Assembly: GCA_964579415.1 (NCBI GenBank)
Contig: CAZOGW010000003.1
Location: 7,759-71,758, forward strand
DNA: 64,000 bases
Origin: an uncultured Acidimicrobiaceae bacterium
GTDB lineage: Bacteria > Actinomycetota > Acidimicrobiia > Spongiisociales > UBA5794
Direction: 5' to 3'
Program-made: the position numbers and the translations under genes
The notes under the pieces: generated by a model
Seen by the model: the letters and a program-made list of their open reading frames with translations, nothing else
Told to the model about the DNA's origin: nothing
Databases searched by the model: none
Part shown: in pieces, positions 46,157 through 55,156 of the stretch
Numbering within the stretch: position 1 is the first letter of the stretch
Layout of the letters: every line of letters begins with the position of its first letter

Positions 46157-46834
46157 ATGACGACTCTCACGAATGACCCCTCGACCGCCAGGCACGACCC
46201 GGCCGCTGCGGGATGCGCGCCGGTCCTCGACGACTCCCGCCGCGTCGTCGCTTCGAGGGAAGGCTTCTGCGGTCGCCCTGACGATGCGACGCTCGCCGAG
46301 GCTCATCGCCTGGCTCGGCGCGTCGCCCGACGGATGCTCGGCTCCGACGCCCGCGACGGCCTCGATGCCGAGGATGTGGCCCAGGTGGTGCTGCTGCGGT
46401 TCGCCGACATCGACCTCGCGACACTGGGCAACTGGCGGGCCTGGATCACGACGATCACCCGCAACCGGGCCCTCGACTTGCTGCGGGCGGAGCGTCGTCA
46501 TGGGCACGAAGCCCTCGGTGACTCCCGGGACCCGCAGGACCAGCGGGCGGACGCACCACTGCCCCGACAGCTGCGGCAGCTCGGCCCGAGTGGCGAGGTC
46601 ATGGCGCGGATGGCGCTCCGACAGTCCGCTGCGGTCCTCGGGCCGCGCGAACGCCAGGTCCTCATGGCGCACCTGCATGGGTGGTCCAACCAGGAGATCG
46701 CCCACCGCCTGGGCTACGCGAGCCCCGGATCGGTTGCCGTCATCCTGACCCGCGCACGCCGACGGGTGCGCACTGCCTTTCCTGAGGGCCCCGAGCGCAG
46801 CCTGCTGCTCGGCGACGTTCGGGGCCTCTACTGA
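46157..46834 (+). CDS. ECF-type sigma-70 family RNA polymerase sigma factor
   Basis: Region 2 ...AWITTITRNRALDLLRAERR. Region 4 HTH LGPRERQVLMAHLHGWSNQEIAHRLGYASPGSVAVILTRARRRVR. GGAAGGA Shine-Dalgarno-like sequence then ATG at 46157. Confidence 0.75.
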   Translation: MTTLTNDPSTARHDPAAAGCAPVLDDSRRVVASREGFCGRPDDATLAEAHRLARRVARRMLGSDARDGLDAEDVAQVVLLRFADIDLATLGNWRAWITTITRNRALDLLRAERRHGHEALGDSRDPQDQRADAPLPRQLRQLGPSGEVMARMALRQSAAVLGPRERQVLMAHLHGWSNQEIAHRLGYASPGSVAVILTRARRRVRTAFPEGPERSLLLGDVRGLY

Positions 46835-46969
46835 GCCGCCCACGACCTGCCTGAACGGCCAAGGGCGGCTGTTCACAATCGCCAGCCCTCGTTCGTCGAC
46901 CAGATGACGACTGATCCACCCCCATCGCCGACCCATGCCTGACCAGACCAACGCAAGGAGACCCCAGCC

Positions 46970-48295
46970 ATGAAGATCAACACCTTCCTCGACGTCGACG
47001 TCGTCGCCATCGAGAACGACGACACCGTCACAGTCATGATCGACATCCAGGCCCCAGAGGCACCGCAGAACCCGGACGCGCCCCGCCCGGAGCACACCGC
47101 GATCGTGGTTCTCGATCGCTCGGGCTCGATGTCAGGCGGTCGGCTCGAGGCCGCCAAGCGTGCCTTGATCGACCTCGTGGCGCGGCTGGACGACCGCGAC
47201 ACCTTCGGCCTGGTCACGTTCGACAGCCAGGCGGAGATCGTCATCCCCGCCGGCCGGGTCGCCGAGCTCGGTCGCGAGCGCATCCATCGCCGGATCGCCG
47301 CCGTCCGCACGGGCGGCAGCACCGACTTGTCGAGCGGATACCTGCGCGGACTGTCCGAGGCGCAGCGCGCCGCTGGCGCCGCAGGTGCCACCATCGTGCT
47401 GCTGTCCGATGGGCATGCCAACGCGGGCATCACCGACCCGAAGGCCCTGCGTGACCTGGCCGCCGGTGCCGGAGCGCAGACGATCACGACCTCCACCATC
47501 GGCCTGGGTCACGGCTACGACCAGGACCTGCTCGCCGAAATCGCCACTGGCGGCAACGGCAACCACTCGTTCGCCGTCGACGGCGACGCCGCCGCGGCCG
47601 CCCTGGCCGGAGAGATCGAGGGTCTGCTGAACAAGACCGTCCAGGCTGCGAGCCTGCTCATCCGCCCGACGAACGACGTCGCGACGGTGAGCATCCTCAA
47701 CGACCTGCCGATCCATGCCGTGCAGGGCGGACTGCTGGTCGAACTGGGCGACTTCTACTCCAGTGAGAACCGCCGCCTTCTCATCTCCTTCGCCGTGCCG
47801 GCGATGGCCGCGTTGGGTCTGGCCCAGATCGCCGACCTGGAGATGTCCTACGTCGAGCTTCCCGCGCTGCGGCAGCACACGGTGCGGGTGCCGATCTCGG
47901 TGAACGTGGTTCCCGCCGACCTGGCGGCGGAGCGCGTTCCCGCCCCGGAAGTGCATGCTGAGCGGATGATCCTCACCGCCCAGCAGGCCAAGCGGGCAAG
48001 CGAGGAAGCGCTGGCTGCCGGCGACTTCCAGGCTGCGCAGGCCTCGCTGGACGGGGCGATCACGCACTTTGCTGCGATGGCGCCGGCCGACCTGACCGGT
48101 GACGCTGCCTCAGAGCTCGACTGGCTGCGCACGACGCGCGAAGGCCTCGACCATTGGGACAGCGCCTACACCTCGAAGCGTCTGCGCTCGGACCGCTCCC
48201 GCAAGCACCGCGGGTACCGGACCCGCGAGCAGGGCGGCGAGAAGGGTCCCCACGGGACAAGTGAGCGGGGCTCCGTCGAGGAGTCGCAGAGGTGA
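46970..48295 (+). CDS. von Willebrand factor type A (vWA) domain protein
   Basis: MIDAS motif VVLDRSGSMSGGRLEAAK, and downstream TDLSSG...VLLSDGHAN. AAGGAG Shine-Dalgarno-like sequence upstream of ATG. Confidence 0.75.
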   Translation: MKINTFLDVDVVAIENDDTVTVMIDIQAPEAPQNPDAPRPEHTAIVVLDRSGSMSGGRLEAAKRALIDLVARLDDRDTFGLVTFDSQAEIVIPAGRVAELGRERIHRRIAAVRTGGSTDLSSGYLRGLSEAQRAAGAAGATIVLLSDGHANAGITDPKALRDLAAGAGAQTITTSTIGLGHGYDQDLLAEIATGGNGNHSFAVDGDAAAAALAGEIEGLLNKTVQAASLLIRPTNDVATVSILNDLPIHAVQGGLLVELGDFYSSENRRLLISFAVPAMAALGLAQIADLEMSYVELPALRQHTVRVPISVNVVPADLAAERVPAPEVHAERMILTAQQAKRASEEALAAGDFQAAQASLDGAITHFAAMAPADLTGDAASELDWLRTTREGLDHWDSAYTSKRLRSDRSRKHRGYRTREQGGEKGPHGTSERGSVEESQR

Positions 48296-48807
48296 GCGGC
48301 ACCGGGACTGGGACAGACGGCGCTGCCAAGAACGCTCCGGACGAGGCCAGTGGCGCGCCCATGACACCGCGCGAGCTGCTCGAGCGCTACGAGCAGCGGC
48401 GCGAGACCGTTTCGGAGGAGCGCCTGCTGCGAGCCATCGTCGAACCGGACCCGTCGAAACCAAGGATCGACGACGACCCGGTCGCGGTGGCGCTGCTCCA
48501 GGCGACGGGGCCCGTGATCCAGGCAGTACTGGCTGTTCTGACCGCGCACGATCCGATCGGTGTTGTCTTCGAGGAGAACTCTGACGAATACGAGCCAGAA
48601 GCACGGACGATCGCGCTGCGCCTGATGATCGCCACGGCCCAGGTGGAGGGGCCGGCCGCATTGGCTACTGGTTTCAGCGGCCTGGGGCTGCTCAACGACG
48701 TCCGCCGAATGGTCCACGGCGAGTTCGTGCGCTGGTTCGACGAGGAGACTGCCGGCCCAGAGATCAAGTACACCGAGGTTGCACGGGAGATCCTCGATCT
48801 CCGGTGA
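48292..48807 (+). CDS. Hypothetical protein (171 aa), coupled to the vWA gene by a GTGA overlap
   Basis: Start overlaps the vWA stop. No motif recognised. Sits immediately upstream of the nuclease-helicase gene. Confidence 0.5.
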   Translation: MSGTGTGTDGAAKNAPDEASGAPMTPRELLERYEQRRETVSEERLLRAIVEPDPSKPRIDDDPVAVALLQATGPVIQAVLAVLTAHDPIGVVFEENSDEYEPEARTIALRLMIATAQVEGPAALATGFSGLGLLNDVRRMVHGEFVRWFDEETAGPEIKYTEVAREILDLR

Positions 48808-48825
48808 CCGTCGGGGCACGGGGCC

Positions 48826-51800
48826 GTGGCTGTCATTGAACGGGTATGGCGCGGACCTCGTGGGGAGAGTCTGCCGAACAGTTGCGATGTGTGGAGGGAT
48901 GGGTCGATGTTCCTGATCGACGGCGAACTGCGGTGGAGCGCGTCCGACCTGTCGGTCGCCGCAAGGTGCGAGTACTCGGTGCTGCGCACGCTGGACTACA
49001 AGCTGGGCCGGGCCGAGCGGATCGAGACACCGCCGAATGCCCTGATGGAGCACATCGCGCGGCTCGGTGACCGGCACGAGGAAACCTTGCTGCGCGAGCT
49101 GACCGCGGCGGGTGATGTGATCGCGCTGGAGCACGTCCGGCCGCCCTACTCCGCGACCGCTCTGCGCGCTGCCTCTCAGGCGACCATCGAGGCATTCCAG
49201 GCCCGCCCCTCCGTGGTGTACCAGGCCGCCTTCTTGGACGGTGAGTTCTTCGGATACGCGGACTTCGTCGAGAGGTCCGAGGACGGCTGGCTGGTCTCCG
49301 ACGCGAAGCTGGCTCGTTCCGCTAAGCCGGTCGCGTTGCTGCAACTGGGCGCCTACGCCGATCAGATCGCGCGGCTCGGGCTGCCGGTGTCCTCGACCGT
49401 GTCGCTGCTCCTGGGCAATGGTGAGCGCGCCGACTTCCGGACCTCCGACGTTCTGCCGGTCTTCGCGGAGCGCCGCGACCGGCTGCGCCAGCTCCTGGCC
49501 GACCATCGCGACGGCGGTACCCCGATCCAGTGGGGCGATGACCGGTACGTCGAGTGCGGCCGATGCGACGAGTGCGGGCAGGCCGCCGAACGGTCCAACG
49601 ACATCCTGCTCGTGGCCGGGTTGCGCGCCGACCATCGCCGCAAGCTCAGAGCCGCCGGCATCACGACGATCGGCGACCTGGCTCGCGCTACAAACCGGCC
49701 GAAGGGGATCGCGCCAGCCACCTTCGCCCGGATCCACTCGCAGGCGGCGCTCCAATGGGATCAGCTGCGGGCCGGACCAGACGCGCCGATCCGCTACGAG
49801 CTCCGGCCGAGCGCTGCGCAGACCCTCGCGCTGCTGCCTGCCCCCTCGGTCGGAGACCTGTTCTTCGACTTCGAGGGCGATCCACTCTACGACGAGGGCG
49901 ACCTGTCGCGGACGGGCCTGGAATACCTCTGGGGGGTCCTCGACGCCAGCGGCTCCCACCAGGCGGCGTGGGCGCACAGCTCGGCGGAGGAGCGCGAGGC
50001 GTTCGAGCGGTTCATCGACGACGTCGCCGAGCGGCGGGTCGTCCATCCCGACTTGCACATCTACCACTACGCGGCTTACGAGACGGCCGCACTCAAGCGC
50101 CTCGCGATGCGCTACCAGACCCGGGAGAAGCAGCTGGACGACCTGCTGCGCTCGGAAGTCTTCGTCGACCTGTACGCGACCGTCCGCGGATCGGTGATGA
50201 TCTCGGCCGGCTCGTACAGCATCAAGAAGCTCGAGCCGCTCTACATGGGCGACGACCTTCGGTCTGCCGACGGCGTGCAAGCAGGCGACGCGTCGATCCT
50301 CGCCTACCACGAGTTCCGCGACCTGCGGGCATCCGAACCGAGAGAAGCGGCGGCCCGGCTCGCAGCCCTCGAGGATTACAACGCCTACGACTGCCGCTCA
50401 ACCCTTCGGTTGCGCGACTGGCTGCTGGAGCGTGCCGTTGAAGCCGGAGTCCGCGACATGATCGAGCCTCGGGCCTTGGACCACCAGGGTGAGCAGGACT
50501 CCGATCAGGACCCGGTGTTCCTCGAGCTCATGGCCCGATCGGGCCCGGCTCGGCACGCTGACCGGACCAGCGAACAGCAGGCGCACGCCATGCTCGCGGC
50601 AGCCATCGACTACTACGGCCGGGAGCGCAAGCAGTTCTGGTGGGAGCACTACGACCGCCTCCAGCACCCCGTCGAGGATTGGTCGCACACGCGAGACGTG
50701 TTCTCGGTGGAGTCCGTCGTGGTCGTGTCGGATTGGGAGGTCCCGGACGGCCGGGCGCGCAACGCCCGCCGGGTCCTGCGGCTCACTGGTGACTGGGCCC
50801 CGGGCAGCAAGCCGAGTGCGTCGTTCCAGGTCGTGTACGCGACTCCCATCCCGCCCGGCGCGGTCGGCCCCGCGGGGGGGCGCTATGGGACGGCCGACGC
50901 CGAGTCGGTCCGACCGGATGAGCTCGATCCACGAGTGGCCCACGTGGTCGAGGACCGCCCGCTCGCCGACACCTTCGCAGACCTGCCCGTGGCGCTGGCC
51001 CCGCCGAAGCCACCCGGCACCAGGCTGATCGAGGAAGCGATCAGGGCCGTAGCTGCGGACGCCGCGACAGCCCTCAGCCTGCCGGATTCGGCTGCGCTGG
51101 ACATCCTCTCCCGGCGCCCCCCGAGACTCCGCAGTGGAGCAGCCCTGGCTGCCGTCGGCTCGACGATTGACGACGTGGTCGCCTCGCTGCTGGCGATGGA
51201 CGACTCGTATGTGGCGATCCAGGGCCCCCCAGGGACGGGCAAGACGTACACCGGGTCCCGGGTCATCAGGGAGCTGGTCAAGGAACACCGCTGGCGGATC
51301 GGTGTGGTCGCCCAGTCCCATGCGGTGGTGGAGAACATGCTCGGCGCGATCGTCAAGGCGGGGCTGGATCCCGCGCTGGTGGGCAAGAACGACAACGACT
51401 CTGGCGACCCCACGTGGACCGTCCTGAAGAAGAACGTGGGGCCTCGGGTGCGGTTCCTGCAGGAGCATGCCGGCAGCGGCTGCGTGCTCGGCGGGACAGC
51501 GTGGACGTTCGCCAACTCCAAGCTGGCGCAGGCAGGTGGGCTGGACCTTCTGGTCGTCGACGAGGCGGGCCAGTTCGCCTTGGCCCCGACGCTCGGCGCC
51601 TCGGTGTCGGCCCGGCGTCTGCTGCTGCTCGGCGATCCGCAGCAGCTGCCCCAGGTCAGCCAGGGCACACACCCCGAGCCCGTCGACGAGTCCGCGCTCG
51701 GCTGGCTGATGCGCGGCCACGACACACTCCCGCCGGAGCACGGGTACTTCCTCGGGCAGACGTATCGGATGCATCCACGCCTGGCCGAGAAAGTGTCGGG

Positions 51801-52356
51801 GCTGTCGTACGAGGGACGGCTGACCGCCGCTCCGTCGGCTGGTGCGCGACGACTCGACGCAGTGGAGCCGGGCCTTCACGTCGTGACGCTCGCCCACACG
51901 GGCAACCGAAGCGAGTCGCCAGAGGAAGCGAGTGCAGTCGTCGCCCAGGTCCGGGCGCATCTGGGCAAGACGTGGCATGACCCTGACGATCGGACCACTC
52001 CACGCCCGCTGGCGGCCCGGGACTTCTTGGTCGTAGCCCCCTACAACGCGCAGGTCGCGCTCATCCGCCGCGAGCTCGCCAGGGCCGGGCTCGAAGGCGT
52101 CCGGGTGGGCACCGTCGACAAGTTCCAGGGCCAGGAGGCGCCGATCGCCATCGTCTCGATGACCGCCTCATCGCACGGGGACGTCCCCCGGGGCATGGGC
52201 TTCCTGCTCAGCCGCAACCGCGTCAACGTCGCGGTCTCCCGCGCCCAGTGGGCCGCGATCCTGATCCGCTCCGACGCGCTGACGGCCTACATGCCCACCA
52301 GCGCTCATCAGATGACAGAGCTGGGCGCTTTCGTCGGCCTATGCCGAACATCGTGA
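48826..52356 (+). CDS. RecB-family nuclease (PD-(D/E)xK with Cys cluster) fused to SF1B (DNA2/Upf1-type) helicase, 1176 aa; paralog B of the gene at the window start
   Basis: N-terminal ARCEYSVLRTLDYKLGRAE... and ECGRCDECGQ, a Cas4/RecB-like nuclease with a Cys cluster. Helicase motifs QGPPGTGKTYTG, LVVDEAGQFALAPTL, LLLGDPQQLPQVSQG and YRMHPRLAEKVSGLSYEGRL; C-terminal VDKFQGQEAPIAIVSM...NRVNVAVSRAQ. Confidence 0.85.
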   Translation: MAVIERVWRGPRGESLPNSCDVWRDGSMFLIDGELRWSASDLSVAARCEYSVLRTLDYKLGRAERIETPPNALMEHIARLGDRHEETLLRELTAAGDVIALEHVRPPYSATALRAASQATIEAFQARPSVVYQAAFLDGEFFGYADFVERSEDGWLVSDAKLARSAKPVALLQLGAYADQIARLGLPVSSTVSLLLGNGERADFRTSDVLPVFAERRDRLRQLLADHRDGGTPIQWGDDRYVECGRCDECGQAAERSNDILLVAGLRADHRRKLRAAGITTIGDLARATNRPKGIAPATFARIHSQAALQWDQLRAGPDAPIRYELRPSAAQTLALLPAPSVGDLFFDFEGDPLYDEGDLSRTGLEYLWGVLDASGSHQAAWAHSSAEEREAFERFIDDVAERRVVHPDLHIYHYAAYETAALKRLAMRYQTREKQLDDLLRSEVFVDLYATVRGSVMISAGSYSIKKLEPLYMGDDLRSADGVQAGDASILAYHEFRDLRASEPREAAARLAALEDYNAYDCRSTLRLRDWLLERAVEAGVRDMIEPRALDHQGEQDSDQDPVFLELMARSGPARHADRTSEQQAHAMLAAAIDYYGRERKQFWWEHYDRLQHPVEDWSHTRDVFSVESVVVVSDWEVPDGRARNARRVLRLTGDWAPGSKPSASFQVVYATPIPPGAVGPAGGRYGTADAESVRPDELDPRVAHVVEDRPLADTFADLPVALAPPKPPGTRLIEEAIRAVAADAATALSLPDSAALDILSRRPPRLRSGAALAAVGSTIDDVVASLLAMDDSYVAIQGPPGTGKTYTGSRVIRELVKEHRWRIGVVAQSHAVVENMLGAIVKAGLDPALVGKNDNDSGDPTWTVLKKNVGPRVRFLQEHAGSGCVLGGTAWTFANSKLAQAGGLDLLVVDEAGQFALAPTLGASVSARRLLLLGDPQQLPQVSQGTHPEPVDESALGWLMRGHDTLPPEHGYFLGQTYRMHPRLAEKVSGLSYEGRLTAAPSAGARRLDAVEPGLHVVTLAHTGNRSESPEEASAVVAQVRAHLGKTWHDPDDRTTPRPLAARDFLVVAPYNAQVALIRRELARAGLEGVRVGTVDKFQGQEAPIAIVSMTASSHGDVPRGMGFLLSRNRVNVAVSRAQWAAILIRSDALTAYMPTSAHQMTELGAFVGLCRTS

Positions 52357-52490
52357 GCACGTGAGGCTGCTCTGCCTCCGGAGTGGACAGGCCGTCCTCT
52401 ACGGGAGGGCTCGAACAGGTCACCCGAACGTGTCATGGGCTCGTCGCCTCATGCTCACCGACAACGACATGCAATCTGAGGAGAGATTCG

Positions 52491-53661
52491 ATGACGGTGA
52501 ACGAGGAGCCGACCCAGAGCGCAGGCGGCACGCACCGCGGTGGAACCGGGAGTGGGGCCGCAGGCGGGAGTGGGGCCGCAGGCAAGATGGTGCTGATGGC
52601 GGGCCATCTGGATGACGAATCGTGGGAGGCGTTCAAGGACCGCGTCGCCCGTGGATTCTGGGCCGCTGGGCTGCTCCCCTCCGACGCGACCGAGCACGCG
52701 CTCCGGGCCGACACCTACGCCTTGGCCACAGCGGCAGGGCGGGTTCCGGGGACCGCCGGGCACGACGCCGCACGCGACCACGTGGAGGGTCGACTCACCG
52801 AGCTCGGCTTGCAGTCGTATCCCGGCATCGACGGGCATCTGCACACCTACCAGGCACGCGGCGCGCTGGAGCTGACCAACCTGATCGGCGTCATCCCCGG
52901 GGCCGACCGCACCCTGCCCCCGATCCTGATCGGGGCCCACTACGACTCCGTGATCGAGGCGCCGTGCGCCGACGACAACGCCGCGGGTGTCGCAGTCATG
53001 CTGCAGGTCGCTGCGCGGATCGCCGCCCAGCCCCTCGGTCGTGACGTGATCGTCGCCGCGTTCGACGCCGAGGAACCCCCGTTCTACCTCGGCCAGAGCA
53101 TGGGCAGCACACGCTTCGTTGAGGACGTCCTCGACCGACCCGTGCACCTCGGGGTGATTCATGGACCTCGTCGGGCATGCCGTCAGCGTCCCCGGGTTCG
53201 ACCTGAGCCCCGACCTGATGCTCGTCGTGGGCGCCGAGTCCCACCCCGCCCTCCCCGGACTGCTCGACGATCTCACCCTGCCGATCGCAGCCACCACACA
53301 GCCGCGCGTCGGGGACATGAGCGACTACCACGCCTTGCGCCTGGCCGGCGCCCCGTACCTGTTCCTCTCCTGCGGGGAATGGCGGCACTACCACCAGCCC
53401 AGTGACCACCCCGACCTGCTCGACTTCCCGAAGGTGGCCAAGCTGGTCGACGATGTGGACACCGTTGTGCGCCGCGCCGACCGCGTGAGCACCGGGTACC
53501 ACCGCCCGGCCGACACGACCGCCTTCGAGGTCGCCACCCTCGAAGGCGCCCTCGGCCCCGAGGCCATGGCCGGCCTCGCCCAGGTGTTCGGCCGACCCGG
53601 CTACCGCACCTCCGCCGACCTCGACACCATCGTCGAAGGCCTGCGCAGCCGCCCCGCCTAG
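52491..53661 (+). pseudogene. M28-family aminopeptidase interrupted by a frameshift near 53150-53165
   Basis: Frame 0: IGAHYDSVIEAPCADDNAAGVAVMLQVA (M28 metal-ligand motifs), then degenerate P/R-rich sequence. The M28 C-terminal part continues in frame +1 from 53161: MSDYHALRLAGAPYLFLSCGEWRHYHQPSD. Confidence 0.6.
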
Positions 53662-53671
53662 CAGCCAGCCC

Positions 53672-54855
53672 GTGGGCTCGGACAGCTGGATCGACAGGCG
53701 ATCGGGCCTTGCCCGGAGCGCCGGCCGTCCGGACAGAACCCTCACCGGTCTAGACGGTGTGGGGGTGACCCACGCTGAGTTCGGAGAGATGGGATCGGGT
53801 CCGGCGTTCCTCGTTGTCGATGATGTTGTGCCGGCGCTTGGTCGGTGTCAACGGGCCCGGCTGACCCCGTCCTATGAGGACATCCGGTCCTGGGTGGGTG
53901 ATCTGCCCGGCCCGGCGGCAGTGGTCTACGAAGCGGACCCGACCGGGTTCGGGCTCTACCGCCATCTGAGCGCGGCGGGGATCCGGTGCGAGGTCGCGGC
54001 ACCGAGCAAGGTGCAGCGACCGTCCGGGGATCGGGTCAAGACCGACGCCCGCGACGCGCTGCACCTGGCTCGGCTGTTGCGCTTGGACGAGATCGTCGCG
54101 GTCGCGATCCCCACGGTCGACCAGGAGGCCGCCCGCGACCTGGTCCGCGCGCGCGGGGACGCCCGCAGCGATCTGATGCGGGCCCGGCACCGACTGTCCA
54201 AGCTGCTGCTGCGACACGGACTCGTCTACGCCGACGGCAGGGCGTGGACCGGCAAGCACGACGCGTGGCTCTGCGTCGCGACGCGTTGCCGCAGCTGACC
54301 TGCACCCCGACTCGGATGGCGTTCGACTCCGACTACGAGGCGGTGCTGGCCGTGAAGGCTCGCCGGGATCGGTTGGACGCCGCGATCGAGGCGATGGCCG
54401 CCGACAGCGAATTCACCGCGCTGGTGCGCCGGCTGGGCTGCCTGCGCGGGATCAGCACCCTGACCGGGTTCGCGCTGGCCGTCGAGATCGGTGACTGGCA
54501 CCGGTTCACCGGCAACACCATCGCCTCGTTCGTCGGGCTCGTGCCCTCGGAGCACTCCTCGGGAGCCTCGCGGAGCCTGGGGCCGATCACCAAGACCGGG
54601 AACCGACACGTGCGCCGGCTGCTGGTCGAGGCCGCCTGGCATTACCAGCCCCGCTATCAGATCGGCAAGACCATGACAGACCGCTGGGCCCTGGCCCCGG
54701 CAGCCGCCCGGGCTCGCGGCGATCTGGGCAGCCGGCGCCTGCATCAGCGCTGGGTCGACTTCACAGCCCGCCGCAAACGCCACACCGTGGCCGACGTCGC
54801 CGTCGCCCGCGAACTCGCTGGCTGGTGCTGGTCGCTGGCCGTGATGACCGACTGA
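53672..54855 (+). mobile_element. IS110-family (DEDD) transposase remnant; N-terminus degenerate and a frameshift near 54298
   Basis: Frame A: ...VVYEADPTGFGLYRHLSAAGIRCEVAAPSKVQRPSGDRVKTDARDALHLARLLRL (IS110 N-domain). Frame B from about 54300: LRGISTLTGFALAVEIGDWHRFTGNTIASFVGLVPSEHSSGASRSLGPITKTGNRHVRRLLVEAAW (Transposase_20 C-domain). No canonical MxxVxVGIDVSK start. Confidence 0.65.
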
Positions 54856-55156
54856 CCCCCACCCCCTGATCTGCTCCGTTGACCAACCAGTTCTGGCGGC
54901 AGCGCGAGGACGACCCGCGACCGTTCTATGAGCAGCCCCGGGCTACCGAGGCCACGCTCGACCCTAGACACGCGCACCCGCTCCAGCCGAAACACCGTCC
55001 TGCGGTAACCAACCCGCGCACATCAGTCTGACCACGCGTCGCCGACGACACGCTCGCCAGATCAGGCCACAACGAAGCAGAGGCGCCCGCCCCGGAGCAA
55101 TCCAGGACGGGCGCCTCACCCTGCCTCTTGACAGGCACTCACTCCATATCAGAACG

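Noticed and set aside
48166-51978. Minus-strand ORFs 48166..50310 (714 aa) and 50398..51978 (526 aa)
   Set aside because: Antisense shadows of the vWA, small-ORF and nuclease-helicase B genes. The plus-strand products have the recognisable motifs.
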